A stretch of 64,000 bases of DNA from an uncultured virus (IMG/VR IMGVR_UViG_3300032268_000966) (IMGVR_UViG_3300032268_000966); one strand, 5' to 3'; positions 30,559-40,783 are shown, numbered from the stretch's first letter. A program made the numbers and translations. Notes: generated by a model not told the origin, from the sequence alone.

Positions 30559-31643
30559 GGCTCAATTTCTTTTTGCCAAAATGGTTTTGAATATTTTGGT
30601 TTAACTAATTTCCAAATAATATCGTCAACTTTTTCGTTGTTATGGTCCCACATCGCAAACATAATTGCATGTAAAACTTCTTGTTGTTTCATAACAAATT
30701 CTGCAAATTCTTTTTTAGATGGTTCAGGGTCTACATCACCATATTTTCCATAACGGAATCCATCGTGAAGTTTTCCTGCTCTCTCCCTCAATTGAAAACA
30801 TTCATATTTTAAATCTCGAATTGTGGTTTTAACCCACTTATCAAATTCATCAGGAACCCTATCAAGTAATTCATCAATATTTTTTTCGTCTTTAAGATAT
30901 TCCCATATGTCCACATTTGAAAATCCAGTTAAGATTCTGTGAAGACGAACGTATTCTTCTCCTTTGATTTTCATTCTGAATCCATTCTTAAAACGAATTA
31001 CATATCCTTCTCTGTTACCGTTAATCTTATCTTTAAGGGTATCATAATCTGTGATACCATCGTATTTCTTAATGGTTGGAAATCCACTTACTTCGTTGAT
31101 TGACAACATAGAATCGTAGTCCAATTCTTTACCATTTGCGTTACTCACCATAGACAGTACAACCAATTCTTCATCAACACCGTAATCGCAAACAATACGA
31201 TTTTCAGGGTAAATAATTTCAACAACGGTAGTATATCCTTTTGGTAATACTTCTACGTTGTATTTTTTATTTAAAATATCTCTACCCTTAATTGATTGGT
31301 CTGAAGTAAACGAACCTTTACTTGCTAATATCCATTTGCCTTGATACCAAAATAAAATACCTAAAGAACCATCCAATTTTTCAAATACCTCAAAAGATTC
31401 TTCAGGTATGTCGTTTAAAGTTAATTCTTCGTAGTTAAAAAACTTATTGAACGCTTTGGCAATAACGTTACCTTCTCTATCCAAGATAAGACCTCGGCAC
31501 ATTTTGGTAATATCATCCCACTTATTCTCATACTGACAAGTACGAGAATAATTCCAAATAGACAATGGAAGGGTTGGGTGGTCATTTTTAACCACCAAAC
31601 CCTTCTCAAGGTATTCGTTCAATATGTTTATATCTAAGTTCAA
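30555..31643 (-). CDS. T4 Rnl1-family RNA ligase
   Basis: CRGLI, KFFN, EKLDGSL, EGYVI and KIK motifs. Confidence 0.9.
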   Translation of the reverse strand: MNLDINILNEYLEKGLVVKNDHPTLPLSIWNYSRTCQYENKWDDITKMCRGLILDREGNVIAKAFNKFFNYEELTLNDIPEESFEVFEKLDGSLGILFWYQGKWILASKGSFTSDQSIKGRDILNKKYNVEVLPKGYTTVVEIIYPENRIVCDYGVDEELVVLSMVSNANGKELDYDSMLSINEVSGFPTIKKYDGITDYDTLKDKINGNREGYVIRFKNGFRMKIKGEEYVRLHRILTGFSNVDIWEYLKDEKNIDELLDRVPDEFDKWVKTTIRDLKYECFQLRERAGKLHDGFRYGKYGDVDPEPSKKEFAEFVMKQQEVLHAIMFAMWDHNNEKVDDIIWKLVKPKYSKPFWQKEIEP

Positions 31644-31644
31644 T

Positions 31645-31890
31645 TTATTTTTTAATTAACATGTTTGTGTTTGATACAGGGAAACGGGCGACAGGTACTC
31701 TTTTGTCTTCTGTTGATGCTCCGTCTACTTGCATTACTTGATAATAACCAGCTTCAATTTTTACGGTTGGCACTGAGTCAAAAGTATAAAGGATTGGAGA
31801 TGACTCATTTCCTTCATAAAGTTTTACTGATTTTGTTGATGTGTTAAATACTAATGTTTGCATGTGATTGTTTTTTTTATAATTGTTCAA
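31645..31890 (-). CDS. hypothetical protein
   Basis: 81 aa ORF (start may be the internal MQTL). Confidence 0.65.
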   Translation of the reverse strand: MNNYKKNNHMQTLVFNTSTKSVKLYEGNESSPILYTFDSVPTVKIEAGYYQVMQVDGASTEDKRVPVARFPVSNTNMLIKK

Positions 31891-32110
31891 ATTTTATTGT
31901 GTCGTCTTTACCAATAGTATCAAAATTTCTCCAAAAAGTAAATTTTTTACCAACTCTTGGCAAGGTATGATGTTCTCTATGTCCACACCATTTGCATTCC
32001 CTAACCACTACTCTGATTACGTCTCTACCTAATGGATGATTCTCTACTTTATGTTTCTCTCTACGGTATTCCCAGTTATGTACCGCAATATAACAAAATG
32101 GACTTATCAT
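31877..32110 (-). CDS. small Zn-ribbon-like protein
   Basis: C..H.W and CKWCG. Confidence 0.65.
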   Translation of the reverse strand: MISPFCYIAVHNWEYRREKHKVENHPLGRDVIRVVVRECKWCGHREHHTLPRVGKKFTFWRNFDTIGKDDTIKFEQL

Positions 32111-32114
32111 AATA

Positions 32115-32528
32115 TTATAATTTAATTTGAAATCTATCTTTCATTATTTGGAGTTTGTCTTCTGGTACTCCATGAACGTTCTGTCCACCATGTCTATTTT
32201 CAATAATCAAAGATACTACTTTATATCCATATTTTTCTGCTAATTTGAAATAATCTTCCATTTCCCATTCTTGGGTAAAGGTGTTTGAAACTGCAATTTC
32301 AGGGTAATATTGTTGGTTATTTTGATGGTCAATCATTCTGGTCTCAACTTGATTTTTACACCAAGTATGTGCCTCCTTTAACTTTGACACGTCAAAATTG
32401 TAGTTCCCTTCTTTATCGTAAAAAAATTTGTCTGCTTCACATACTGCATATTCATTCCAAATAGCCGTTGCAAATGATGTCTTACCTGAACCAGGTAAAC
32501 CTCTTACTAAAAATAATACTCCGCTCAT
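32115..32528 (-). CDS. P-loop kinase (AAA_33 / polynucleotide-kinase-like)
   Basis: RGLPGSGKT, EAD, VSNTF and NVHGVP motifs. Confidence 0.85.
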   Translation of the reverse strand: MSGVLFLVRGLPGSGKTSFATAIWNEYAVCEADKFFYDKEGNYNFDVSKLKEAHTWCKNQVETRMIDHQNNQQYYPEIAVSNTFTQEWEMEDYFKLAEKYGYKVVSLIIENRHGGQNVHGVPEDKLQIMKDRFQIKL

Positions 32529-32866
32529 AAATTATTGTCTATATTCCATATGTTAAAAAAATCAAATTCGTTTTCTGTTTCCCATCCATGTAATCTCATA
32601 CTAATTTCATTTCGAGTTTCCAAAGATAACGCTTTTGCAATAAATTCCCTACTTACTGCATGAATCATTTGAATCATCATCACAAAATTACAACCTTCAT
32701 TTTTTAAATTTTTTATTCTATTAATTTTCTCATCTACATATTCAACCTCATCAAAAGTCCTCCAAAAGCGAATGCAAATTGTTCGTAATTCTTCAAAGCA
32801 TTCATCTTTTGGAGGTGTGTAAAATAATTCTACTGACTTATCCATTATCTTTATTTTGAATATCAT
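32525..32866 (-). CDS. hypothetical protein
   Basis: ORF in a co-oriented run. Confidence 0.6.
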   Translation of the reverse strand: MIFKIKIMDKSVELFYTPPKDECFEELRTICIRFWRTFDEVEYVDEKINRIKNLKNEGCNFVMMIQMIHAVSREFIAKALSLETRNEISMRLHGWETENEFDFFNIWNIDNNL

Positions 32867-33515
32867 CTAAATGATGGTCATGGTCCCCTATTTCAGAAAC
32901 TTTAGGTCTGTTTCTAAGTAATGGAACAACTTCCCTATAAACATTGTATGGTCTAAACTCAGGGTGACCATCCATACCTACATCCATTCTTTGACCTTTA
33001 CTAAGTTTCAAATTGTTTGGTAAGTGGCAGTGTCCGTGTAAGTGCATTACGCCTTTACCAAGACCATCCCATGAACTTATTGGGTAATGCATCAAACGGA
33101 ACTTAAACTGTCCGAGCTCAAGTGTATTGTAGTGAGAAACGGATTTAAATAATCCTTGGCACCCATCTCTATTATTTTCGATGTGGTGGTCGTGGTTTCC
33201 TAACACTAAGTGAATATTTTTACATATGATTCTATCCCAAAATTCTCGTATTTGTTCGTGTCCACCAAACGACCAATCACCAAGGTGAATTAGCATATCA
33301 TCTTGACCAACAACTTCATTGATGTTGTTCACAATAGATGCATTCATTTTTTCAATTGTGGAAAAGTCGCGAGTTTGAGACACAGGAATTTCACCCGATG
33401 CTGTTCTCCAGTTGGTTACACCCCTGCATATATTCTTGTGAGAATAGTGGGAGTCAGAAGTAATCCATACATTAACTTCTGGGATATTTTTAGTATCTAC
33501 AGGTATTTTTATCAT
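32838..33515 (-). CDS. calcineurin-like metallophosphoesterase
   Basis: SDSH, HLGD, GNHD, HYP, HGHCH and DVGMD motifs. Confidence 0.9.
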   Translation of the reverse strand: MIKIPVDTKNIPEVNVWITSDSHYSHKNICRGVTNWRTASGEIPVSQTRDFSTIEKMNASIVNNINEVVGQDDMLIHLGDWSFGGHEQIREFWDRIICKNIHLVLGNHDHHIENNRDGCQGLFKSVSHYNTLELGQFKFRLMHYPISSWDGLGKGVMHLHGHCHLPNNLKLSKGQRMDVGMDGHPEFRPYNVYREVVPLLRNRPKVSEIGDHDHHLDDIQNKDNG

Positions 33516-33531
33516 AAAACAAAGATAAGAA

Positions 33532-33786
33532 TTATTCTGTAATTAAAAAAATGGGATTTTGGTCTCCAGCAAATAAACCTAAAATATTGTATTCGTAGAA
33601 TTCAACTGCTTCGAGGGGAGTCATTCCGTCTCGGTCTTCAAGAATCTGAAGAACTTTGTTTTTGGAGTATAGGATTCTCGGTCCGTTACCGAATTCCTCA
33701 ACAATTCCGATGATTGCATCATTAAGACCATCTAATAAGACGGCTCCTTCTGCTTGTTCATTAATATCGTCGATTGAAATTGTCAT
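33532..33786 (-). CDS. hypothetical phage protein
   Basis: LDGLNDAIIG...EAVEFYEYNI motif. Confidence 0.7.
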   Translation of the reverse strand: MTISIDDINEQAEGAVLLDGLNDAIIGIVEEFGNGPRILYSKNKVLQILEDRDGMTPLEAVEFYEYNILGLFAGDQNPIFLITE

Positions 33787-33955
33787 AATAAAAAAAAAAG
33801 GAAGAAGTCCAAAATGAAGGCGATAAGTAAATTACCAAGATACTATCAAAATGAAGATGGACTCCCCCTTTATGTTTTAAAGTATAGAATTAGTTCAGAA
33901 TATAGTCAAATGAAAAAAAGAAGTTTTTCAAACTATTTATAATAAAAATATTATT

Positions 33956-35299
33956 ATGAGAGGTTATTTTGGATTAGGTCAATTATCTGCAACTGAGAAG
34001 TCAGATATCTTAGACCAACATAAAAGTGTATACAACGGTTACCAAACAATGCAACCGCAAGTATCAAATACTCAACCATTAACTGTATATGATTTCGCTG
34101 GAGACAAAGAAGGATTGGTAGTTAATAATAAAGGTGAAGTTAAAAAATATACAAACATGGGGATTAATGAACAAACTTCTAAAAAATCTATGTGTGAATG
34201 TGGAGGAGACATGTACGAAGGTGAGTGTATGGAGTGTGGATATAAAGATGGTATGTCAGAAGAAGATGATTCTGATTGGGACGCAACTTTAATGGATGGA
34301 TTAGAAGAAGAAACAGGACATTTAGATGACATTTATAAAGTTAGAGACCTTAACTTAAAACATGGTGATTTTGATTATGTTGAAGGTGGTGGTAATGATG
34401 TAGATACATTTGAAGGAATGCACAAAAATTTATATAAAGAAGACGAATCAGACAATTTTGTAAATTACGATGACAATTTTGAAGACCCTGATAATGAAGA
34501 TGATGGATTTGAAGATTTAAATCTTGCAGAAATGGATGAAGATGAAACAGACGAAAAACCATATGAAAAAGGTAAGCATGGAATGAAAGCTTCTCGTACA
34601 AGAGCGAGCTTTGAACCAACACCAAAAGAAAAAGAAATTTTGGAAAAACTTTTTGGCCAATACGGTGATGATATTCCACCAATTGTTATTAGATATTTAA
34701 GAAAATTACCAAGAAAAGTTTTCACAAAAAGATTAAAAGACCTTGGATTAATTAGCAAGGCTGATATGGCTGAACAAGGTGGAAATTCTGATGATATGGA
34801 CGTTGATAATGTTGAACCAGCATACGATTTTGAATCAAACGGGCCAATGGATGGCGGAGATTCTTATCCAGTAAACGAATATGAAACAATGGAATCTGCA
34901 TTTTCTGACGAAATTGATGAAGTAGATATTTCAGGTTCTCAAGGCATTTATAGTGACATGGACTCAGCATTTGATTTTGATAGTGAAGGACCAGGTAAAG
35001 CAGGACCTTATCAAGAGTTTTCATATGAAGGTGAAACTGACGAACAATATTTACCACCACATGCGTGGAAAAAGATGAAAAGACAACAAGACGCTAAAGA
35101 TAAGGGAGAGGATTTTGACGATGATGAATTTGACCCATCAGATTATGAAGGTTTAGATGCGATGAGTTCATGGGAAGATATTAAATCTCATTTTGGTGAT
35201 ACAGATTGGAGCGAAATTGATGAAGACTTACAAGAGTCATTCCAAACTCAGAAAAACAAAATCATGGAAATGTTTAACAGATTTAACAAATACAATTAA
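33956..35299 (+). CDS. highly acidic protein, possible head-internal/scaffold protein
   Basis: D/E-rich; repeated A(Y/F)DF(E/D)SxGP; TATTTATA upstream. Confidence 0.6.
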   Translation: MRGYFGLGQLSATEKSDILDQHKSVYNGYQTMQPQVSNTQPLTVYDFAGDKEGLVVNNKGEVKKYTNMGINEQTSKKSMCECGGDMYEGECMECGYKDGMSEEDDSDWDATLMDGLEEETGHLDDIYKVRDLNLKHGDFDYVEGGGNDVDTFEGMHKNLYKEDESDNFVNYDDNFEDPDNEDDGFEDLNLAEMDEDETDEKPYEKGKHGMKASRTRASFEPTPKEKEILEKLFGQYGDDIPPIVIRYLRKLPRKVFTKRLKDLGLISKADMAEQGGNSDDMDVDNVEPAYDFESNGPMDGGDSYPVNEYETMESAFSDEIDEVDISGSQGIYSDMDSAFDFDSEGPGKAGPYQEFSYEGETDEQYLPPHAWKKMKRQQDAKDKGEDFDDDEFDPSDYEGLDAMSSWEDIKSHFGDTDWSEIDEDLQESFQTQKNKIMEMFNRFNKYN

Positions 35300-35303
35300 T
35301 AAC

Positions 35304-35330
35304 AAACCCCTCCTAATCGAGGGGTTTTTT
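35304..35330 (+). terminator. intrinsic terminator
   Basis: AAACCCCTC/GAGGGGTTT plus T-tract. Confidence 0.85.
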
Positions 35331-35415
35331 ATTATAAAAAATAAAAATAATATTTCTTGATAAAATTTATGACTTTCGCTATGTTTAAGCATATTTGTTT
35401 ATAAATTAACTTATT

Positions 35416-35721
35416 ATGGAAATTAAAGAAATTATATCGTACTTCTTAAACCCAAGCACAAATGTTTTGGATGTTTCATTTAGAACAATTGAGGATAGTG
35501 AGGAAGTATTAAGAACTGACAACATTGACTACACATATGTTGAAGATTATGGATTTGACCTTGTGTCAGAATCATTTGATTTTTTTGACGACGATTTCGC
35601 AGATGATGAAATCTTGGAAGGAGAAGATAAGATTGAGTTAGATGAGGAAGAGTTAATTATATTCTTGAACGAATATTACACTATTAATTCAGATGCATTA
35701 CCAAAGAGTGAGTTCTATTAA
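35416..35721 (+). CDS. acidic hypothetical protein
   Basis: 101 aa; TATTTG element upstream. Confidence 0.7.
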   Translation: MEIKEIISYFLNPSTNVLDVSFRTIEDSEEVLRTDNIDYTYVEDYGFDLVSESFDFFDDDFADDEILEGEDKIELDEEELIIFLNEYYTINSDALPKSEFY

Positions 35722-36251
35722 GGACCCACTCTTGTTAAGGATAAGGTCATAACTTGTTTTTGACCAAATTTTCCATTAAACCATGCACCAGAACTTTTCA
35801 ATTGAAGAGTTTCAAAACCGTCGTCTTCAATAAAAAATGTTACTGTTCTTGATGAGCCATCATCAGTGATGTAGTTGAATTGCATATATCCAAAACTAAA
35901 TGGTGTTGCTCCAAATGTGTTGTAAAAAATTGGGTCATTATTTGAACCGTATTTCCAAATGTCTTGTCCTGATTGAGTAACACCTAATAGTTTCATTCTA
36001 ATGGTTGAATAATCCATATGAACATAAAAATTATTAATTCTAATATTATCAAATGGTTTTGGTAATAAAGTGTTATTATATGCTGTGCCAAGAAGGTATA
36101 ATGAATCTCTAGTTTGATTTTGGTCAACATTTGTAACTTCTAATTTAGATACGACATATTTCCCACTCAAAGATAAGTCACGGATTTCTGTGACATATTT
36201 TTCACAAGAAGTTAGAGATAAAACGAGTAATAATAAAAAGAGTTTTTTCAT
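35718..36251 (-). CDS. lipoprotein (lipocalin-like beta protein suspected)
   Basis: LTSC lipobox; LSGKY strand. Confidence 0.7.
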   Translation of the reverse strand: MKKLFLLLLVLSLTSCEKYVTEIRDLSLSGKYVVSKLEVTNVDQNQTRDSLYLLGTAYNNTLLPKPFDNIRINNFYVHMDYSTIRMKLLGVTQSGQDIWKYGSNNDPIFYNTFGATPFSFGYMQFNYITDDGSSRTVTFFIEDDGFETLQLKSSGAWFNGKFGQKQVMTLSLTRVGP

Positions 36252-36299
36252 ATCGCAAATATAATATTTTTTTTTACAAACTACAAAATATTTATAACT

Positions 36300-36545
36300 A
36301 TGATATTAGACGTAGATTTCCTTATTGATTTTTTTAAGAAGCACACTAACGAAGACAGTAAAGGAGAAATGGGAGAACAAGACGCTCCTGCAGCAGCTTC
36401 ATCACCATCAACAGGTGGAGGAGGCTCAGTTCCAAAGTGGGCTGACACATATACATTAACAAGAGGTAAAGCAAATAAATTGGGACTTGCGGGTGAAAAA
36501 TGGGAAACAGGACTTACTCGTGGAGCTGCAAACAAAATTTGGTAA
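36300..36545 (+). CDS. hypothetical protein with duplicated LTRGxANK motif
   Basis: TLTRGKANKL and GLTRGAANKI; TATTTATA 11 nt upstream. Confidence 0.7.
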   Translation: MILDVDFLIDFFKKHTNEDSKGEMGEQDAPAAASSPSTGGGGSVPKWADTYTLTRGKANKLGLAGEKWETGLTRGAANKIW

Positions 36546-36577
36546 AACTCACATATTTATAATATAAAATACATCAC

Positions 36578-37630
36578 ATGGTACAACCAAAATATAGCCC
36601 TGAAGAGGCTTTAGAAAAAATGAAGTTAATGATGAAATATGATTCATCAAAAACTTTGAATGAAAACAGAGAAATAATTTTAGAACAAGATACTTTGACA
36701 AAAACAGGAATCGCAACCGCCGCTACAGCAGGTACTGCAGCGGCAATTGCGGGTGGAGCTGCGGCGGCAAATGTCGCGACAACAACTGCGTTAGGTGCGG
36801 GGGCTTACAGTGCAATGGGTGTTGGAGCTACTTTAGCACCTACTTTAGGAGTAACAGCTGCAGCGGCTTTAGGAGCTGCTGTTATTGGAGGAGCAGCGGC
36901 ATTAGCGTTAGCTCCTTTAGTTATTTGGTATATGGATAAAGACAATGCCAAAGTTAAAGTTGAAAAAATTATTCAATATTGTACAACTGATAAAGCTAAA
37001 ATAGATAAACTTGAGAGAGGTATTAGTGATGCGGAAGTTAGAAATTTATCTGACCAATTATATGACGCAATGAAAGGTGTAGGAACTGATGAAGAAGCAG
37101 TATATGGTGCTTTTAAATCCTTGAAAACCGCATCTGACTTTTGTGCTTTAGTTACAAGATACAATAAAGATTATGGTAGTGAAGGTGATTTATTAGAGTG
37201 GTTAGATGATGATTTTGACGCAACTTCAGAGTGGATGCAAATTTATAGACCTCTTAGAGACATTGTTGAAGATAGTTTATTGTCTATAAAAGATGAAACA
37301 ATTGAAAAAGATTGTAAATCTGACCCTAGTCAAGCTAAATGTAAAGGCGGAGGAGGAGGAGGAGGAACTGGTGGTGGATATAAACCATGTACAGGAACTT
37401 ATCAAAAAGGATGTAAGTCTGATGTAATTGCTAAAGTACAAGGATGTTTAGGATTAGTTACTGATGGTAAATTTGGACCAAAAACTCAATCAGCTTTAAG
37501 TGGTAAAGGATTTACAACATTTACAGATGCTGACGTAACTAAAATATGTGAAAAAACAACTGTCGTTGAACCTGAAATTTCAGGAGAATCCCCTGCAGAT
37601 ATTGACCCATCAACAAGTACTGACTTTTAA
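36578..37630 (+). CDS. virion-type protein: Ala/Gly-rich hydrophobic segment, annexin-like repeat, PG-binding domain
   Basis: LYDAMKGVGTDEEAV (annexin GxGTDE); VQGCLGLVTDGKFGPKT. Confidence 0.7.
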   Translation: MVQPKYSPEEALEKMKLMMKYDSSKTLNENREIILEQDTLTKTGIATAATAGTAAAIAGGAAAANVATTTALGAGAYSAMGVGATLAPTLGVTAAAALGAAVIGGAAALALAPLVIWYMDKDNAKVKVEKIIQYCTTDKAKIDKLERGISDAEVRNLSDQLYDAMKGVGTDEEAVYGAFKSLKTASDFCALVTRYNKDYGSEGDLLEWLDDDFDATSEWMQIYRPLRDIVEDSLLSIKDETIEKDCKSDPSQAKCKGGGGGGGTGGGYKPCTGTYQKGCKSDVIAKVQGCLGLVTDGKFGPKTQSALSGKGFTTFTDADVTKICEKTTVVEPEISGESPADIDPSTSTDF

Positions 37631-37645
37631 AATATAAAAAAGAAT

Positions 37646-38644
37646 ATGAATAACATTAATCAAATAGAAAGAGATACAATTTTGGAAATGCATTCCAAGT
37701 TTAAAAAATCTCTAATTTCAGAACAAGTTGACGACTTAAAAACTAAGTTAGATAAATTTTTATCTGATGGTTGTGTAAAAAATGGTAAAATCGTTCAATT
37801 ACAAACTAAGAACCCTGCATTACAATATGCTATCAAGCAAGAGAGTACAAAAACTCCAGGTAAATTTAGATATTTTTTCGCAGATTATAGAGTTGGTATT
37901 TTTGATGGTAGCGGTAAATTCCAATTTAGTCCATCTAAATGGTCTTGTGATAGTGTTCAACAAGCAAATGTTGCAGCAGCAACTGCAGCAACAACAGCCG
38001 CAAATGCTGCAGACACTTCTTTAGTACAACAAGAAGGTGGATGGCAAGAAGCTAAAGACATTAAAACAACTCGTGAAAATTTAGAAAACCCATTAATGTT
38101 TGAAAAGAAAGTTGTTAATGGTGTGACATTATATAGAAGTGTTCCTGGCAGTGGAATTACGGGAGGATTAACTCCTGACCAAACTAAAGTAATTGAAAAA
38201 TGGAAAGGCAAAGGAGCTAAATTAAGAAAAGAATTAGACCCTGAAGAGGCAAAGACATGGAGTTCAAGAGTCGTTAGTCCTGCAAGTGAAGGATATTTCT
38301 CTCAAGATTTAGTAATGTATTTCCCACCTGAAAATGTCGTGGGTGCAAACGGTTCAAGTATTGAGCAACAATTTAATCTTGCAGTTTCAAGTCAATCTCC
38401 ATCAAGTAAAAGAGATTGTAGAGATACTATTGAAGCGTATTATAAGGCTTATGTTACCAAGAAAAGAATTCAACCTAACGCATTTGAACCAATGAAAGAA
38501 AAAGTTCAGGCATGTGCGAATGAGTTTAATGGTAAGTGGGGAGGAGTTTTAAGTAAGATTGACAATTACGTTGACATTCTTAGAGGAGTCAAAGAAGGTG
38601 GTCCAACGTCATACGGTGATGATTCTAAATGGAGAATACAGTAA
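37646..38644 (+). CDS. hypothetical protein, likely virion-associated
   Basis: ERDTILEMH...LISEQ leader. Confidence 0.7.
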   Translation: MNNINQIERDTILEMHSKFKKSLISEQVDDLKTKLDKFLSDGCVKNGKIVQLQTKNPALQYAIKQESTKTPGKFRYFFADYRVGIFDGSGKFQFSPSKWSCDSVQQANVAAATAATTAANAADTSLVQQEGGWQEAKDIKTTRENLENPLMFEKKVVNGVTLYRSVPGSGITGGLTPDQTKVIEKWKGKGAKLRKELDPEEAKTWSSRVVSPASEGYFSQDLVMYFPPENVVGANGSSIEQQFNLAVSSQSPSSKRDCRDTIEAYYKAYVTKKRIQPNAFEPMKEKVQACANEFNGKWGGVLSKIDNYVDILRGVKEGGPTSYGDDSKWRIQ

Positions 38645-38654
38645 AAAAAAGACA

Positions 38655-39374
38655 ATGTTAAAAAAAGAAATAAAGAAGTCTATTTTAGAGACCAAAGAAA
38701 GAAAAGAGAAACTTTTAATTGAGCAAAAATTAGTTGAAAGTAGAATCATGATGATTATTGAATCGAAAGATAATATCAAAAAATTCAAAAGATTATCAGA
38801 AGAAAAGCAACAAAAAATGGCTTACGCTCTTTTTGAAGAAATTGGTTATCTTGAAGAACAAGGTTTAATGAATGAACAAGTATGGGATTTTTTAGGTAAA
38901 ATCTTTGGAAATTCATTAGGAGGTATTGCTCAAACAATTGTTGAACCTTTAGTTAATTCACTTTTAAGTTCAATAGGACTTGGTGGATATTTTAAAGATT
39001 TCTTAGTTTCATTTATAACTTCAAATCCGTTAAGACTTGCAAAAGCACTTAAAAGTTGTGAAGAGTTAACTAAATTAATTGCTGAATCATTAACTGAGGC
39101 TGTTGCCATGATGATTCAAAGAGAAAAAGGATTATCAGGTCAAGGTTATACCTTTATTAGAAATGCCTTAGGTGGAGCGGTTAAAGATTATAAATTTATT
39201 GAAAGTTTAGAAAAACAACTTAGTTCTACTGTTTGTAGTCTTTTTGGACAAATTAACGATAAGGCTTCAGATGTTTATGGTAAGTTAAAAACTGATATTT
39301 CTAGTGGCGGTGGACTTGGTGGATTATTAGATGCTGGTAAAAAAGCATTAACACCTGCAGTCGCTACATCTTAA
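38655..39374 (+). CDS. hypothetical helical protein, likely virion-associated
   Basis: ATG 38655 (MLKKEIKKSILE) preferred over the TTG start. Confidence 0.7.
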   Translation: MLKKEIKKSILETKERKEKLLIEQKLVESRIMMIIESKDNIKKFKRLSEEKQQKMAYALFEEIGYLEEQGLMNEQVWDFLGKIFGNSLGGIAQTIVEPLVNSLLSSIGLGGYFKDFLVSFITSNPLRLAKALKSCEELTKLIAESLTEAVAMMIQREKGLSGQGYTFIRNALGGAVKDYKFIESLEKQLSSTVCSLFGQINDKASDVYGKLKTDISSGGGLGGLLDAGKKALTPAVATS

Positions 39375-39460
39375 TGCCAAAATAACATTAAAAAGTTATT
39401 TTCATAAACTGGTGAACAAAAAGAAAAAGGGGGTGTTCTAAAGTCTAAAAAAAAGAAGGG

Positions 39461-40141
39461 TTAAATACCCTTCTTTTTTGTTTTAACGATTTCGTCAATA
39501 ATACCATAATCTAAAGCCTCTTGACTATCCAACCATAAATCACGAGTTGCATCAAGTTTAACTTGTTCGGCGGTCTTACCACAATATTCTCCCAATAAGT
39601 CAAATAAAGTATCATTTATTTTTTCCCACTCTTTAAACGAAACTCTTGCGTCTTGAATATTACCACCAGCTCCACCAGAAGATTGATGTAACATAGTTCT
39701 TGAGAACTTTAATGAGCTTCTTTTACCTTTAGTACCAGCACCTAATAATACAGAACCCATAGACGCCGCCATACCTGTATTAATCGTTTTAATATCACAA
39801 GCGATATAATTCATTACATCAACCATAGATAAACCCGATTTAACACTTCCACCTGGAGAATCGATATGCATTGTAATATCGGCTTTGTCGTTTGAATCCA
39901 AGAACATTAATTGAGCTTGAACAATAGTTGACATATGGTCATTAACAGGACCTGCAACCCATAAAATTCTATCTCTCATTAATCTTGAAAAGATGTCAAT
40001 TTGAGTAGCTCTTAATTCCCTTTCTTCAAGAATATATGGAGTCATAGAAGACTCAATATGGTTTGAAAAGTTGTGTATGTCTAATGAAGACTTACCTAAA
40101 TGTTTTACGTAGTAGTTTTGAAAATCTTGTCCTATATTCAT
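39461..40141 (-). CDS. clpP: ATP-dependent Clp protease proteolytic subunit
   Basis: DIFSRLMRDRI, IDSPGG, GMAASMG, MLHQ and EALDYGIID motifs. Confidence 0.95.
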   Translation of the reverse strand: MNIGQDFQNYYVKHLGKSSLDIHNFSNHIESSMTPYILEERELRATQIDIFSRLMRDRILWVAGPVNDHMSTIVQAQLMFLDSNDKADITMHIDSPGGSVKSGLSMVDVMNYIACDIKTINTGMAASMGSVLLGAGTKGKRSSLKFSRTMLHQSSGGAGGNIQDARVSFKEWEKINDTLFDLLGEYCGKTAEQVKLDATRDLWLDSQEALDYGIIDEIVKTKKKGI

Positions 40142-40203
40142 GTATTTTATTTTTTACAAATGTAGTGATTTTAATTTAAACCCACAACATTTAATAAAAA
40201 AAA

Positions 40204-40509
40204 TTATGACTCCTCAACCACTTCAGTCGTTTCAGGGTCTTTTTCATTTGTGGACATGTTTACCGCAGTTCCTTCAACCAAATCTTCTTCACACTTATAA
40301 ATATGTACTTGGTCTTTGTGTTCGAATACAATCACTTTTTTAACTTCTTCACCTAAATTAATATTACCTACGACATCAACTACGATACCTTCGCCATCCT
40401 TTAAGATTAGCCCTAAAGCTCTTGCGAAAATTAAAGATGCGTTAATTAGGTCTTGAGGATTTTGTCCTTCCCCCGCTTTTTCTGGATTTGTATAATTTAC
40501 TTCTTGCAT
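40204..40509 (-). CDS. hypothetical protein
   Basis: 101 aa ORF. Confidence 0.65.
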   Translation of the reverse strand: MQEVNYTNPEKAGEGQNPQDLINASLIFARALGLILKDGEGIVVDVVGNINLGEEVKKVIVFEHKDQVHIYKCEEDLVEGTAVNMSTNEKDPETTEVVEES

Positions 40510-40510
40510 T

Positions 40511-40783
40511 TTATTCTGTTTGTGTTGTTTTTATTAATTCGATTTCTTCAACCGCCTTAGGATTTTTGTCTTTATAAATTTCTAAAGCCATTTCATATCT
40601 ACTAGCTTCAACAAAATGAATAAATGATTCGTCACGAAGGCTATCAGATATATTTGTTAAACTGTTTATTGTTGCTTTTTGTTCTTTCACGGTTATGATA
40701 CTATTATTCCACATAACTGTTTCCCATAATAGTATTAAAATTGATAACACCAAAAATCCTCTTAATTTAGTTTCTATTGTCAT
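40511..40783 (-). CDS. single-TM protein
   Basis: N-terminal TM and coiled coil. Confidence 0.65.
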   Translation of the reverse strand: MTIETKLRGFLVLSILILLWETVMWNNSIITVKEQKATINSLTNISDSLRDESFIHFVEASRYEMALEIYKDKNPKAVEEIELIKTTQTE

